Below, one piece after another: positions 1 through 8,474 of a stretch of DNA of 25,627 bases. The first letter of the stretch is position 1. Each line of letters begins with the position of its first letter. Made by a program: the position numbers and the translations under genes. The notes under the pieces are model-generated. The model did not search any database. It was not told the origin of the DNA and saw only the letters and a program-made list of their open reading frames with translations. This DNA is from a virus (taxonomy: Duplodnaviria; Caudoviricetes), in IMG/VR virus record IMGVR_UViG_3300037467_000139, positions 1 through 25,627 of that record; one strand, written 5' to 3'.

Positions 1-957
1 ACCCCGCCTCATAAGTTCGGAATGGATGCCGATGGTTATATCACTCAAATGGCACCGCAAGGTCCAACGGCTCCTCCGCACGGCGATGCAGACCCTAACC
101 CCGTTCAAGTCATGGGTGATAGGTTCAAGCCGCATCGAGGAACTATTTTGGGTGCCCTTGCTGATGGTTATCTGATTGCTCACGGCGGGAAGCCGATGTT
201 CACACAACAGCGTGAACAAGAGAACATGCAGAATGCGATGAAGGGGTTCGCAGACAATCCGATGCAGGCTATCCGCCGCGTCGGGACGTTCGACCCCGAC
301 ACCGCCTGGAAGATGTTCAATCAGCAGATTGACAACCAACGACAGCAGGGACAGCTTGACCGTCAGAACCGAGTGTTTGACGGAGTTAACGAGAACATCG
401 TTTACAACCGCGCTGCCGGTATGTTGAATGCTGCGACGCCTGAGAATTGGGCCGCGATGCGCGACCAGGCGATTAAAATGGGTCAAGTCCGTGGTGTAGA
501 TGTCTCAGGGCTAATTCCTGAGACCTATGACGCCGACGCCGCGAAGTTCCTCATCAACGGTGCTATTCCGCCTGCCAAGCAGCAGACTATTGCCGAGACT
601 GGTCGTCACCATAAGGTGACTGAAGGTATCAGTCAGCAGAATGCTAACACTGCCGTTGAGCGTAATGAAATCATGCGGACGCAGGGTGGCACTCGTCTTG
701 GTATCTCTCAACAGAATGCCGATACGGCCAGTCGCAATTCCGATATCTCGGCGGCTCGCCTCGACCTTCAGAAAGGTCAGAAGCAGGGTCGAGGGGTTCA
801 GACGAAATATGGTCCTGCAATGATTTCACAGGACGGTAACAGTCTGACGTTGTATCCAAGCCGTGACGTCGCTCCGGATGGTTACGACGGCAAGGGCATT
901 CATTACATTCGAGTTAATGGACAGTGGGTTCCGGCTAACACCGGACAAGCACAGTAA
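1..957 (+). CDS. Putative internal virion / DNA-ejection protein (probably 5'-truncated; first in-window ATG at 22)
   Basis: Frame is open from base 1 and there is no RBS before the ATG at 22. Gln/Asn/Ala-rich helical protein with an internal GISQQNAxTA duplication, directly upstream of a 1065-aa virion-type gene and the lysis genes. Function inferred from position and composition. Confidence 0.55.
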   Translation, partial: TPPHKFGMDADGYITQMAPQGPTAPPHGDADPNPVQVMGDRFKPHRGTILGALADGYLIAHGGKPMFTQQREQENMQNAMKGFADNPMQAIRRVGTFDPDTAWKMFNQQIDNQRQQGQLDRQNRVFDGVNENIVYNRAAGMLNAATPENWAAMRDQAIKMGQVRGVDVSGLIPETYDADAAKFLINGAIPPAKQQTIAETGRHHKVTEGISQQNANTAVERNEIMRTQGGTRLGISQQNADTASRNSDISAARLDLQKGQKQGRGVQTKYGPAMISQDGNSLTLYPSRDVAPDGYDGKGIHYIRVNGQWVPANTGQAQ

Positions 958-969
958 CGGAGATTTTAA

Positions 970-3900
970 TTGGCTTCTTTGCTAGACCTCATCACCGGTA
1001 AGGCCGACCAGCCAGGTGCGGGACAGCGGTTCTGGGACACTTTCGTCCATGCCGCTATCCATAGCCCTCTCGGTGGTGGAGGTCTAGCTCGGGCCTACTT
1101 CAAGACTAAGGGCTATACTGACGCCCAAATCAATCAGGCGATTAAGAACTCTGACGCCGACTTCGATAAGAAGTATTCAAAAGCTCCGGTATTCCAAGGC
1201 GTCCGCAATGGACACCCACTTGATTATGTCTCTCCGGCTAATATTGGTCGTGCCGCAACTACCCTTCTAGGGCACGTCCTCGGGGGTGTTGACCCGACTT
1301 ATGCAATTGCTCCTGGTGCCAATGCCGCCGAGCGTATTCCCGCGCAGATGGCTGTTCAGGGGGCCTCTTCGGCTGCCCGCCAGAAGGTTGAGGTTAATAC
1401 CGGTCAACGTGACCGCATCGACCCGAAGCAGGTTCTGATTGACGAGGCTCTGGGCGGATTGTTCCAGGGTGGACTAGAGGGTGGAAAGGCCGCTATTGGC
1501 AAATTTGCCAAAGATGCCGTCCTTCCGGATGAAGCTATCTCTGATATCCCTCTGGCTCCTGATGGACTGCCTGGTAACGGTTCTGTCCGTCCGATGGACC
1601 CGAAGGTCATTGCCAAAATCATGAATGACCCTGAGGCGGTTGGGCTTCCGGCTCCTGAGGCCGTTGATGCTCCGGCGATGCCTGAGGTCGCTCCTGAGGC
1701 TCCGGTAAGGAAGCCTGCGACTTCTCCTAGTGGGCTATTCATTGAGAACAAGCGTGACCCCGATGGGACGATTTATCTAAGCTACCAGCCTTCACTGAGT
1801 AAGGCTCCGGTGCCTATCAAGATGGGCATTGGCGAGGACGGGACTGCCGAAATGGCAATCGACCAGTTCTCGACGCAGGCTAATCGTCTTGGTCCGTCTA
1901 AAATCCGCGAGGCTATGTATGACCTCATGGACATGTATCCTGAAATCAAGCGCTTCGGCGGCTATCGCCGTTCGGGAGCCGGTGCAGGACGTGTTCAGGA
2001 AATCGAACCGACCCGTCCGGTAGAAGACCCGATTGGAACGCCGCCTGAAGCCGAGGCGCCGGTAACACCCGAAAGCCAGGTGACCCCTGTTGAGGAAATT
2101 CCTCAGGGACAAGGGATGCCTGCGAATGACGTCGCTCCGGATACCTTCATGGATTATCTCGGGCGGAAGTTTGCTTCTGACCCGAATTACGTTCCGACGG
2201 AAGACGAGTTCGCTCGTATCCGCCAGGTCGCTACTGACAGTCATGAACCGTTCGACCCGAGCAAGCCGCTTAGTGATGACGTCCTAACTCCGGCTGAACG
2301 GCAGGATATGGATGCTTCGGCAGATAAGCCGATTGTCGATAACACCGGTTACGAGGCCCATACGCCTTTTGTCGGTGAACCAAATGAACCTGCTAACGAC
2401 ACGTCGCTTCTCGACGCAGCTAGGAAGTTCCTTCCGAACCTTCTGTCTGATGAGCGGGGCTCGATTAATCTCGGTGACGACGCCGATGGTATCTCTCCGG
2501 TTGAGAAACTGACGCAAGCGATTGCCGATGCCCTTCCAATCAGGAATAAGCAGGGCAAGCTTTACTCTGAGGAACTCTCGAAGCGTGTCGGAAACATCGC
2601 ACAGGTTCGCAATCATACCAGCGGACTTGAAGGGTTCTATGCCGAACTAGGTCAGTTGAAAGGCGAAATGCCTAAGATTGACTTCCAGTCTATCGGCGAT
2701 AACTTCAGTCCAGAAGAAGTCAACGGCTTCATGGATATGATTAAGAACCATCCGCGACTGACGTTCTTCGAAAGCATCAACGCCCGTAAGGGCCTCCTTA
2801 AGCTCCTTCAGGGCGAACTTCCGACGAAGAGCGAACTCGCTCCGTTGTCGGCTGTCTTCCCTAAGGAAGCAATCGATGCAATTAACGCCAAGGCTCCGTT
2901 GAGCGCGATGGATATCGCAGCCAATCTCCTTGGTATTCCTCGTGCCTTGAAGGCGACGCTCGACCTTTCGGCTCCGTTCCGTCAAGGTGCGCCGTTAATC
3001 CATACGAAGGCATATTGGAAGTCGTTCGGTGCGATGTTTGGCCAGGCTTTTAGCGAGGCCAAGTATCAGGCAATCCAGAACGAGATTTACTCACGTCCAA
3101 CCTATCAGTTGATGAAGGACGCGGGACTGGCTATCACTCGGCAGGGCAAAGCTCTCACCGAACGTGAAGAGCAGTTCATGTCGAATTGGGCTGAGAAAAT
3201 CCCCGTTGCCGGACGTGTAGTCCGTGCATCTGACCGTGGCTATACAGGCTTCTTGAACAAGCTCCGTGCCGACACCTTCGATAGTCTCGTCCGAGAGGCT
3301 AGAGAAGCCGGTATCGACTTCGCTCATGACCCCAAGGCCCTACATGATATCGCGACGTTCATCAATAACGCAACCGGTCGTGGACACCTACCCGGCAAGA
3401 TATTGAACCAAGCTCAGCCTTTGCTGAGTGCTTCGTTCTTCTCGCCGCGTCTAATGGCTTCGAGGTTCAATATCCTGAACCCGAACTATTACGTCCAGTT
3501 GTCTCCGTTCGCACGGAAGCAGGCGATTAAGTCTCTTCTGGCTTACTCGTCAGCCGTGATGATGACCCTTGGTCTAGCCAAGCTAGCCGGTGCCGACGTC
3601 GAAACCGACCCGCGTTCAACGGACTTCGCGAAGATTAAGGACGGGAACACCCGTTACGACGTCACCGCTGGTTTCCAACCTTACCTTAGGGCGGGGGCTC
3701 AGTTGCTTACGGGTCAGAAGGTTACGGCGAGTGGGAAGGTGACTAATATCGGAACCGGTCCTGACGGCAAGGCTCTGATGCAGGGCAAGCTCAAGATGCA
3801 TGGTGCCGATAAGGGATACAAGCAAGACACCCGTCTTGACGTCGTGGGTCGCTTCTTTGCCAACAAGGAGGCTCCTATTCCGGCGTTCGTAAGTGAACTC

Positions 3901-4167
3901 CTTCGGGAACATGATATGGGAGGTAAGCCGTTGACTATAAGTGGTGAGACTGCGAACCTCTTCGCCCCTATGATTGCACAAGACGTCTATGACGCAGTGC
4001 AGGACAGGGGTGCCGAAGGCTTGATGATTATCCCGCCGGACCTCTTTGGTATCGGTATCAATACTTATCCGCCGAACACTCCTAAGGGTCGCCAGACCAA
4101 GGATAAGAACTTCTCTTCCGGCTTCGGTAAGAGCGGGTTTAAATCCGACTTCAAGAGTGCTTTCTAA
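970..4167 (+). CDS. Large internal virion (ejectosome-type) protein, 1065 aa
   Basis: TTG start with GGAG RBS. Modular protein with Pro/Glu-rich linkers and a long Ala/Leu-rich helical C-terminal half. Last large gene before the lysis cassette, as in podoviruses. Confidence 0.6.
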   Translation: MASLLDLITGKADQPGAGQRFWDTFVHAAIHSPLGGGGLARAYFKTKGYTDAQINQAIKNSDADFDKKYSKAPVFQGVRNGHPLDYVSPANIGRAATTLLGHVLGGVDPTYAIAPGANAAERIPAQMAVQGASSAARQKVEVNTGQRDRIDPKQVLIDEALGGLFQGGLEGGKAAIGKFAKDAVLPDEAISDIPLAPDGLPGNGSVRPMDPKVIAKIMNDPEAVGLPAPEAVDAPAMPEVAPEAPVRKPATSPSGLFIENKRDPDGTIYLSYQPSLSKAPVPIKMGIGEDGTAEMAIDQFSTQANRLGPSKIREAMYDLMDMYPEIKRFGGYRRSGAGAGRVQEIEPTRPVEDPIGTPPEAEAPVTPESQVTPVEEIPQGQGMPANDVAPDTFMDYLGRKFASDPNYVPTEDEFARIRQVATDSHEPFDPSKPLSDDVLTPAERQDMDASADKPIVDNTGYEAHTPFVGEPNEPANDTSLLDAARKFLPNLLSDERGSINLGDDADGISPVEKLTQAIADALPIRNKQGKLYSEELSKRVGNIAQVRNHTSGLEGFYAELGQLKGEMPKIDFQSIGDNFSPEEVNGFMDMIKNHPRLTFFESINARKGLLKLLQGELPTKSELAPLSAVFPKEAIDAINAKAPLSAMDIAANLLGIPRALKATLDLSAPFRQGAPLIHTKAYWKSFGAMFGQAFSEAKYQAIQNEIYSRPTYQLMKDAGLAITRQGKALTEREEQFMSNWAEKIPVAGRVVRASDRGYTGFLNKLRADTFDSLVREAREAGIDFAHDPKALHDIATFINNATGRGHLPGKILNQAQPLLSASFFSPRLMASRFNILNPNYYVQLSPFARKQAIKSLLAYSSAVMMTLGLAKLAGADVETDPRSTDFAKIKDGNTRYDVTAGFQPYLRAGAQLLTGQKVTASGKVTNIGTGPDGKALMQGKLKMHGADKGYKQDTRLDVVGRFFANKEAPIPAFVSELLREHDMGGKPLTISGETANLFAPMIAQDVYDAVQDRGAEGLMIIPPDLFGIGINTYPPNTPKGRQTKDKNFSSGFGKSGFKSDFKSAF
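1496..1511. repeat. Dispersed palindrome copy 1, TTGGCAAATTTGCCAA (coding)
   Basis: Exact 16-bp palindrome; 12-bp core at 1498-1509. Confidence 0.95.
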
Positions 4168-4433
4168 TGTCTGTCTCGGTGTATGGAGAACGGATTGCCC
4201 GCATGGAAGTTGAAGTCCAGGAATTGAAACGAGAGTTTCAAGAACATAAGGAGCAAACGGCTCGAAATTTTATTGAAGTAAAAGCTCAATTTACTGAGCA
4301 AAATAAGAAGCTAGACGAACTCCTCGCTCTCCGTAACAAGGGGGCGGGGGTTCTCTGGCTGATTGGAGGTATCGTTTCTACAGGTCTTTTCGGTATTTTC
4401 AGTCAAGTGTTTCATTGGTTTGGAGCTAGATAA
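4167..4433 (+). CDS. Coiled-coil plus single C-terminal TM protein (holin/antiholin-like lysis accessory), 88 aa
   Basis: TAATG overlap with the previous stop. ERIARMEVEV coiled coil, then hydrophobic GAGVLWLIGGIVSTGLFGIF. Adjacent to holin and endolysin. Confidence 0.6.
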   Translation: MSVSVYGERIARMEVEVQELKREFQEHKEQTARNFIEVKAQFTEQNKKLDELLALRNKGAGVLWLIGGIVSTGLFGIFSQVFHWFGAR

Positions 4434-4924
4434 TGGCTGGTATTCTCGATATCCTTAATGTCGTCGGAACGGTTGTTGACCGTGTTATTCCCGACCCGAA
4501 GGACAAACTAGAACTACAAGAGAAGCTGGCACAGATTGCCGACCAAGAGGCCGAACGTGAGCACCAAGAGGTCATGGGTCAAATCCAGACCAATACCGTA
4601 GAGGCTGGTAATACTAATCTCTTCGTGTCTGGTTGGCGACCATTCGTCGGTTGGGTTTGCGGTGTCGGTGTCGCCTACTCGTTTATCCTTGAACCGTTCC
4701 TAGAGTTCTTGGCTAAGCTAGGTGGCTACACGGGAGCATTTCCGGCTCTCGATATGGGCAACCTCATGACGCTTATCATGGGTATGCTCGGAATGGGTTA
4801 TCTACGGACGAAGGAGAAGCTTAACGGCGTTCCCGATAGCACACCCAACGCCAGTATAGCACAAATGCCAGGAATGCCAGTAAGGCCCAAGAAGAAAATC
4901 CTTGGTGTAGCATGGCCATTCTAA
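4433..4924 (+). CDS. Holin, 3TM GTA-release holin family-like
   Basis: Family-typical sequence: VDRVIPDP, EAGNTNLFVSGWRPFVGWVCG, LMTLIMGMLGMGYLRTKEK. TAATG coupling; upstream of endolysin. Confidence 0.85.
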   Translation: MAGILDILNVVGTVVDRVIPDPKDKLELQEKLAQIADQEAEREHQEVMGQIQTNTVEAGNTNLFVSGWRPFVGWVCGVGVAYSFILEPFLEFLAKLGGYTGAFPALDMGNLMTLIMGMLGMGYLRTKEKLNGVPDSTPNASIAQMPGMPVRPKKKILGVAWPF

Positions 4925-5547
4925 CCTCCATTAATGCGGCTATTGCCTGGTTAGAGCAAGCAAAGCGAGAACTAGAGCAACAGGCGCAACTAGATACGTC
5001 GGATAATACGTCTGACAGAACAGATAGCGAACCTGTCCAAATAGCGTGGGGTGCAAAGGTATCTCCTACGTTTAAGGCCCGTGTCCTTTGGATGGCAGAT
5101 GCCTTGGATTGTGACGCCTCCGACCTCATGGCTTGCATGGCGTGGGAAGCGGCTGAGACGTTTTCATCGGGCATAAAAAATGCCGCTGGAAGCGGCGCTG
5201 TCGGACTAATTCAGTTCATGCCAAGCACGGCAAAGGCGCTCGGAACATCTATCACCAATCTTTCCAAGCTCTCTCCTGAGGACCAATTAAGGTGGGTGTA
5301 TGAATACTTTAAGCCTTATGCCGGTCGTCTGCATAATCTCGGCGACGTTTATATGGCTATTCTTTGGCCGAAGGCCGTCGGACAGCCGGATAGTTACGTC
5401 CTATTCGATAGGACTAAGACGCCAATTGCGTTCCGTCAGAACGCTGGCCTCGACGTCGATAACAACGGCGCGGTCACGAGAGCCGAGTGCCTCGTCAAAG
5501 TCAATCAAAAACTAGCCAAGGGTATGCAACCTGGCTACATCGGATAA
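4912..5547 (+). CDS. Endolysin, lytic transglycosylase (SLT-like)
   Basis: Catalytic Glu in CMAWE, AVGLIQFMPSTA motif, DVYMAILWP, and a C-terminal EF-hand-like DVDNNGAVT. Follows the holin. Confidence 0.85.
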   Translation: MAILTSINAAIAWLEQAKRELEQQAQLDTSDNTSDRTDSEPVQIAWGAKVSPTFKARVLWMADALDCDASDLMACMAWEAAETFSSGIKNAAGSGAVGLIQFMPSTAKALGTSITNLSKLSPEDQLRWVYEYFKPYAGRLHNLGDVYMAILWPKAVGQPDSYVLFDRTKTPIAFRQNAGLDVDNNGAVTRAECLVKVNQKLAKGMQPGYIG

Positions 5548-5551
5548 ACAG

Positions 5552-5589
5552 AAGGCCCCTCTAGCTTAATTGCCGGAGGGGCCTTTTTT
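5552..5589. terminator. Rho-independent terminator between convergent transcription units, probably bidirectional
   Basis: AAGGCCCCTC (5552-5561) / GAGGGGCCTT (5576-5585) stem followed by a T-run to 5589, with an A-rich left flank. Lies between the stops at 5547 (+) and 5594 (-). Confidence 0.9.
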
Positions 5590-5593
5590 GTGT

Positions 5594-5932
5594 TCAATTG
5601 TCGTGTGTCGCGTTCCAACCATTGACATGACCAAACTCATGACAGAACAGATGGGCGTATGAGTTTTCATTCTGGGCTTCAGGGAAGCGACAGGGGTTCG
5701 GCATCACGATAATAGGTGTCTTCTTCTTTTCGAACTCACAAGCAAGAATGACATAACCCTTCTCTGCCGGACCACAGACTTGATTTGGGTCGGGCACCGT
5801 GATGACGACGGCAGAAGCATCCCCTTGATACTTGATAGGAGGAAGACTGTCGTTCATCAGCCCGTAGCTAACGACGTTACCAAGCAGAAATAGTGAAGCA
5901 AAAATCAAGAGATACTTCTTCGCCTTAGACAT
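5594..5932 (-). CDS. Small exported/membrane-anchored protein with HExxH zincin-like motif
   Basis: Basic N-terminus plus hydrophobic segment (KKYLLIFASLFLLG), four Cys, HEFGH near the C-terminus. AAGGAAG RBS. Confidence 0.6.
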   Translation of the reverse strand: MSKAKKYLLIFASLFLLGNVVSYGLMNDSLPPIKYQGDASAVVITVPDPNQVCGPAEKGYVILACEFEKKKTPIIVMPNPCRFPEAQNENSYAHLFCHEFGHVNGWNATHDN

Positions 5933-5943
5933 GGCGTCTTCCT

Positions 5944-6303
5944 TTACAGGTCGTTAAAGTCTGTAACTTCGTCTTCATTGCCTTCTTTCGCCGTCTCTAC
6001 TGCACGTCGGTAGGCTTCGTCACCATCGAAGCGAAGCAGATGGGCGATACGACTGACCGACCCCTGCATCGCAGTCCATGAGTAGATGACGTCGTTACGA
6101 GCACCCTTCATGATATCTGCCGAGTTCTCATCGACAGGGAGGTTCATGGCATCGACGTAGGCACCAAGAGCCTCAATCATTAGAACGGAGGCGTTAGCAA
6201 ACGCTCCGGCGACGTTGGTAATCTTGGCTTCGTCATTGCCGTCATACTGAACCTTGCCGTCTTCACCAACTAGGTCGTCAATCATCTTCTCGCGGAGGTT
6301 CAT
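5944..6303 (-). CDS. Hypothetical helical protein, possibly a degenerate MazG/PRA-PH-like fold
   Basis: AAGGA/GAGG upstream. MQGSVSRIAHLLRFDGDEAYRRA resembles the C-terminal helix of phage MazG-like proteins, but the acidic catalytic motif is not evident. Confidence 0.5.
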   Translation of the reverse strand: MNLREKMIDDLVGEDGKVQYDGNDEAKITNVAGAFANASVLMIEALGAYVDAMNLPVDENSADIMKGARNDVIYSWTAMQGSVSRIAHLLRFDGDEAYRRAVETAKEGNEDEVTDFNDL

Positions 6304-6409
6304 ATCCTTCTTCCTCTCTTAGTTCTTTATACCAATCCTGAGTTCCAGGGGTCGGCGGTTTCTCTCTCCGTTCTTTGCCTTTTCGTTTAGGCTCGATGGA
6401 GCGTTCCAT
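6278..6409 (-). CDS. Small charged hypothetical protein, 43 aa (not in ORF track)
   Basis: MERSIEPKRKGKERREKPPTPGTQDWYKELREEEGYEPPREDD. TAATG overlap with the upstream stop, GAGG RBS, and it fills the gap between two genes. Confidence 0.55.
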   Translation of the reverse strand: MERSIEPKRKGKERREKPPTPGTQDWYKELREEEGYEPPREDD

Positions 6410-6708
6410 TAAATCCTCTCGACAATAAACCCTGGCATTTCACCGCGAATAGCGGCTCGGGCTTCATCTAAATCTCCTGAGAATTCCTCAAACTCTCTTG
6501 AGAAATCGACATGAGACATCTTCTTGATTGCGAGGTAGAACGTCGGAGAAGCCGGTCGAACTAATACGAAGCCGTCAAAGAATTTGCACTCGTAAAGTAG
6601 TCCTGTCGCTGTCTCGACGTAGATATCAGGGAGGAGTTCGTCTAAGTCTTCACCCTCCTCGATTTCGTCTTCGTCAGTCAACTGCGTTTCGGGGAGTTGG
6701 ATATCCAA
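6409..6708 (-). CDS. Acidic hypothetical protein, ~99 aa (start moved from 6804 to TTG 6708)
   Basis: GGAGG 6 nt upstream of TTG at 6708. The extension to 6804 overlaps the upstream gene. Very acidic N-terminus. Confidence 0.6.
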   Translation of the reverse strand: MDIQLPETQLTDEDEIEEGEDLDELLPDIYVETATGLLYECKFFDGFVLVRPASPTFYLAIKKMSHVDFSREFEEFSGDLDEARAAIRGEMPGFIVERI

Positions 6709-7012
6709 GCTCCGCCTCCAATTCTTCTTGGAGCAAAGCCAACGCCCTCCACGCCAGCGCTCCGCTGTGGCGGTTACCGTCCTTATCCTTCTTGCCACTA
6801 TCAATCAGGTGCCGCACAATCTTGTTGCGGTGGTCAGTAGATTTACTTCGCTCCCAATGGATGCGCTCACCTGGATGATGCTTGTCACCAGCGAGCTTCG
6901 AAATCTTGGCTACTTCAGCGAGGGCATTCGGAAAGTAGTCAAGGAGACCGTCGGCAAGGGGATAGTTGGACCGCTCGCTGTCGTCTTCTGGGAGGGAGAC
7001 TTGTTCAGCCAT
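6674..7012 (-). CDS. dATP/dGTP diphosphohydrolase N-terminal domain (DUF5664-like) protein
   Basis: GLLDYFPNALAEVAKIS...KHHPG..IHW...IVRHL...H...LAWRALALL pattern typical of this phage family. GAGG RBS. Confidence 0.75.
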   Translation of the reverse strand: MAEQVSLPEDDSERSNYPLADGLLDYFPNALAEVAKISKLAGDKHHPGERIHWERSKSTDHRNKIVRHLIDSGKKDKDGNRHSGALAWRALALLQEELEAELGYPTPRNAVD

Positions 7013-7425
7013 TCAGATATTTCCTCATCGTTATTAAGAACCGTCGGGACGAACTGATACATCACGTCCCAACGCACATCATCCGGGTCAAGTAGAATTG
7101 CTGTTCGGGCACCAACCCCGTATGTTGCATACATAATTTCCATGTGTCCGGACTTACCCGCCGGAAGAACAAGGAGTGCGTGGGTCGCCCTGTCCAAATG
7201 CCTCTTATCGAAATTAAAGACGTTTTGAGCGGCTGCGCCTTTAAGAGCCCCCTGATAAGTTCGACCTCGGCTCTGTTCATACTCTTTCCAAAAGTCATCT
7301 GCCTCTGGCCCTGCTGCATACCAGTCATCAAAGACTTCGAAATCTGGATGCTCCTTACGAATACGCTTGGCGAGTTCGGGGACGCGTGGGTTCCTCAGGG
7401 AACCGATTAGGTAGAGGACACTCAT
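6910..7425 (-). CDS. Nucleoside 2-deoxyribosyltransferase-fold protein (copy 2)
   Basis: LYLIGS start, FNFDKRHLDRA, LLVLPAGKSGHMEIMYA (SG..E..YA NDT motif). ATGA-type overlap with the upstream gene. Confidence 0.7.
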   Translation of the reverse strand: MSVLYLIGSLRNPRVPELAKRIRKEHPDFEVFDDWYAAGPEADDFWKEYEQSRGRTYQGALKGAAAQNVFNFDKRHLDRATHALLVLPAGKSGHMEIMYATYGVGARTAILLDPDDVRWDVMYQFVPTVLNNDEEISEWLNKSPSQKTTASGPTIPLPTVSLTTFRMPSLK

Positions 7426-7877
7426 CCGATAATCGCCACTGCGAGGTCAAGCGCCTCCTGAAGCGTCGCGACCCTGAACCCAACGGCCTCATTGACCATC
7501 GCGTGTTCATGGATATTACCTTCCTCCATAGCGACAACAATCGGAGTGCGACAAAGGTCGGCCCATGCGAGTTCCATGATGGTGCCAATCGATACCTTCG
7601 TAGCGCCGACGAAGTTGACAACGAGAACGTCGCAGCGAGTGGCGTCAAAACGGTCGCGTGTCAGAATACCCTTGGGGCTAGACAGGACGTTAATCGCGCC
7701 ATACTCGACACAATTCTTGTCGAGGTCTTCCATTCCGGAAAGATATTCCTTTGCCCGCATCGGCGACAAACCCTTGATGCCGTGGTCGGCTAGATACTTG
7801 ACAGCATCATTCCGCCAATCGACAGCACCGTCGTAGTTAAGGCCGCTAATCGGCCCTGCAAGATATACTCTGCTCAT
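7422..7877 (-). CDS. Nucleoside 2-deoxyribosyltransferase / nucleotide N-glycosidase family protein (copy 1)
   Basis: VYLAGPI, RD...TRCDVLVVN, SIGTIMELAWA (catalytic Glu), PIVV. AGGAG RBS. Confidence 0.85.
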   Translation of the reverse strand: MSRVYLAGPISGLNYDGAVDWRNDAVKYLADHGIKGLSPMRAKEYLSGMEDLDKNCVEYGAINVLSSPKGILTRDRFDATRCDVLVVNFVGATKVSIGTIMELAWADLCRTPIVVAMEEGNIHEHAMVNEAVGFRVATLQEALDLAVAIIG

Positions 7878-8047
7878 GCATTCTCTCTCCTAATGCCCAT
7901 TTCTTCTTCGATTTCTTCTAGGACATCCTCAATCTCGTCTTCGAACGCATCAATTATGTCGCGTGTCGAAAGCTTCTCACCGAGAAAAGAGACTAACTCC
8001 CACGGGTCAAAGTAGTCAGCAATCCTTTCTTTAGTTTCCTGGTCCAT
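7874..8047 (-). CDS. Small highly acidic protein, 57 aa (not in ORF track)
   Basis: MDQETKERIADYFDPWELVSFLGEKLSTRDIIDAFEDEIEDVLEEIEEEMGIRRENA. ATGA overlap with the next gene; exactly fills the gap. Confidence 0.75.
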   Translation of the reverse strand: MDQETKERIADYFDPWELVSFLGEKLSTRDIIDAFEDEIEDVLEEIEEEMGIRRENA

Positions 8048-8474
8048 CAATCAACTCAAATTCTACTTCAACTTCGTTAAAAAATCCCTTGGCAGCACCG
8101 ATACTGGCCTCCCATCGGGATAAAAGGTCTGCGGAGGGAGCTTCTGCCACCACTCTTGAAACTCCGGATTGGATAAGGACCAGAGCACAGTTCGTGCAGG
8201 GCGGATGCGTGACATAAGCCGTGCAATTATCTGTCTTTTGTGAATTAAGAACGGCGTTAGTCTCGGCGTGAATAGTCCGAGAATACTTCGTGTCTCGGTC
8301 TTCATAGAGTTCCTCATGGTCACACATACCACGGGGGAAGCCGTTAAAGCCCACCCCCATGATACGATTTGTGTCAGGTTCTACGATTACACAGCCGACC
8401 TTAGTCGAGGGGTCCTTGCTCCAACTTGCTACTTCTTTTGCGAGGCTTAGGAACCGCAAATCCCATTTGTTCAT
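8031..8474 (-). CDS. dCMP deaminase
   Basis: WSKDPSTKVGCVIV, GFNGFPRG, HAE and PCTNC zinc-binding motifs. Confidence 0.93.
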   Translation of the reverse strand: MNKWDLRFLSLAKEVASWSKDPSTKVGCVIVEPDTNRIMGVGFNGFPRGMCDHEELYEDRDTKYSRTIHAETNAVLNSQKTDNCTAYVTHPPCTNCALVLIQSGVSRVVAEAPSADLLSRWEASIGAAKGFFNEVEVEFELIDGPGN

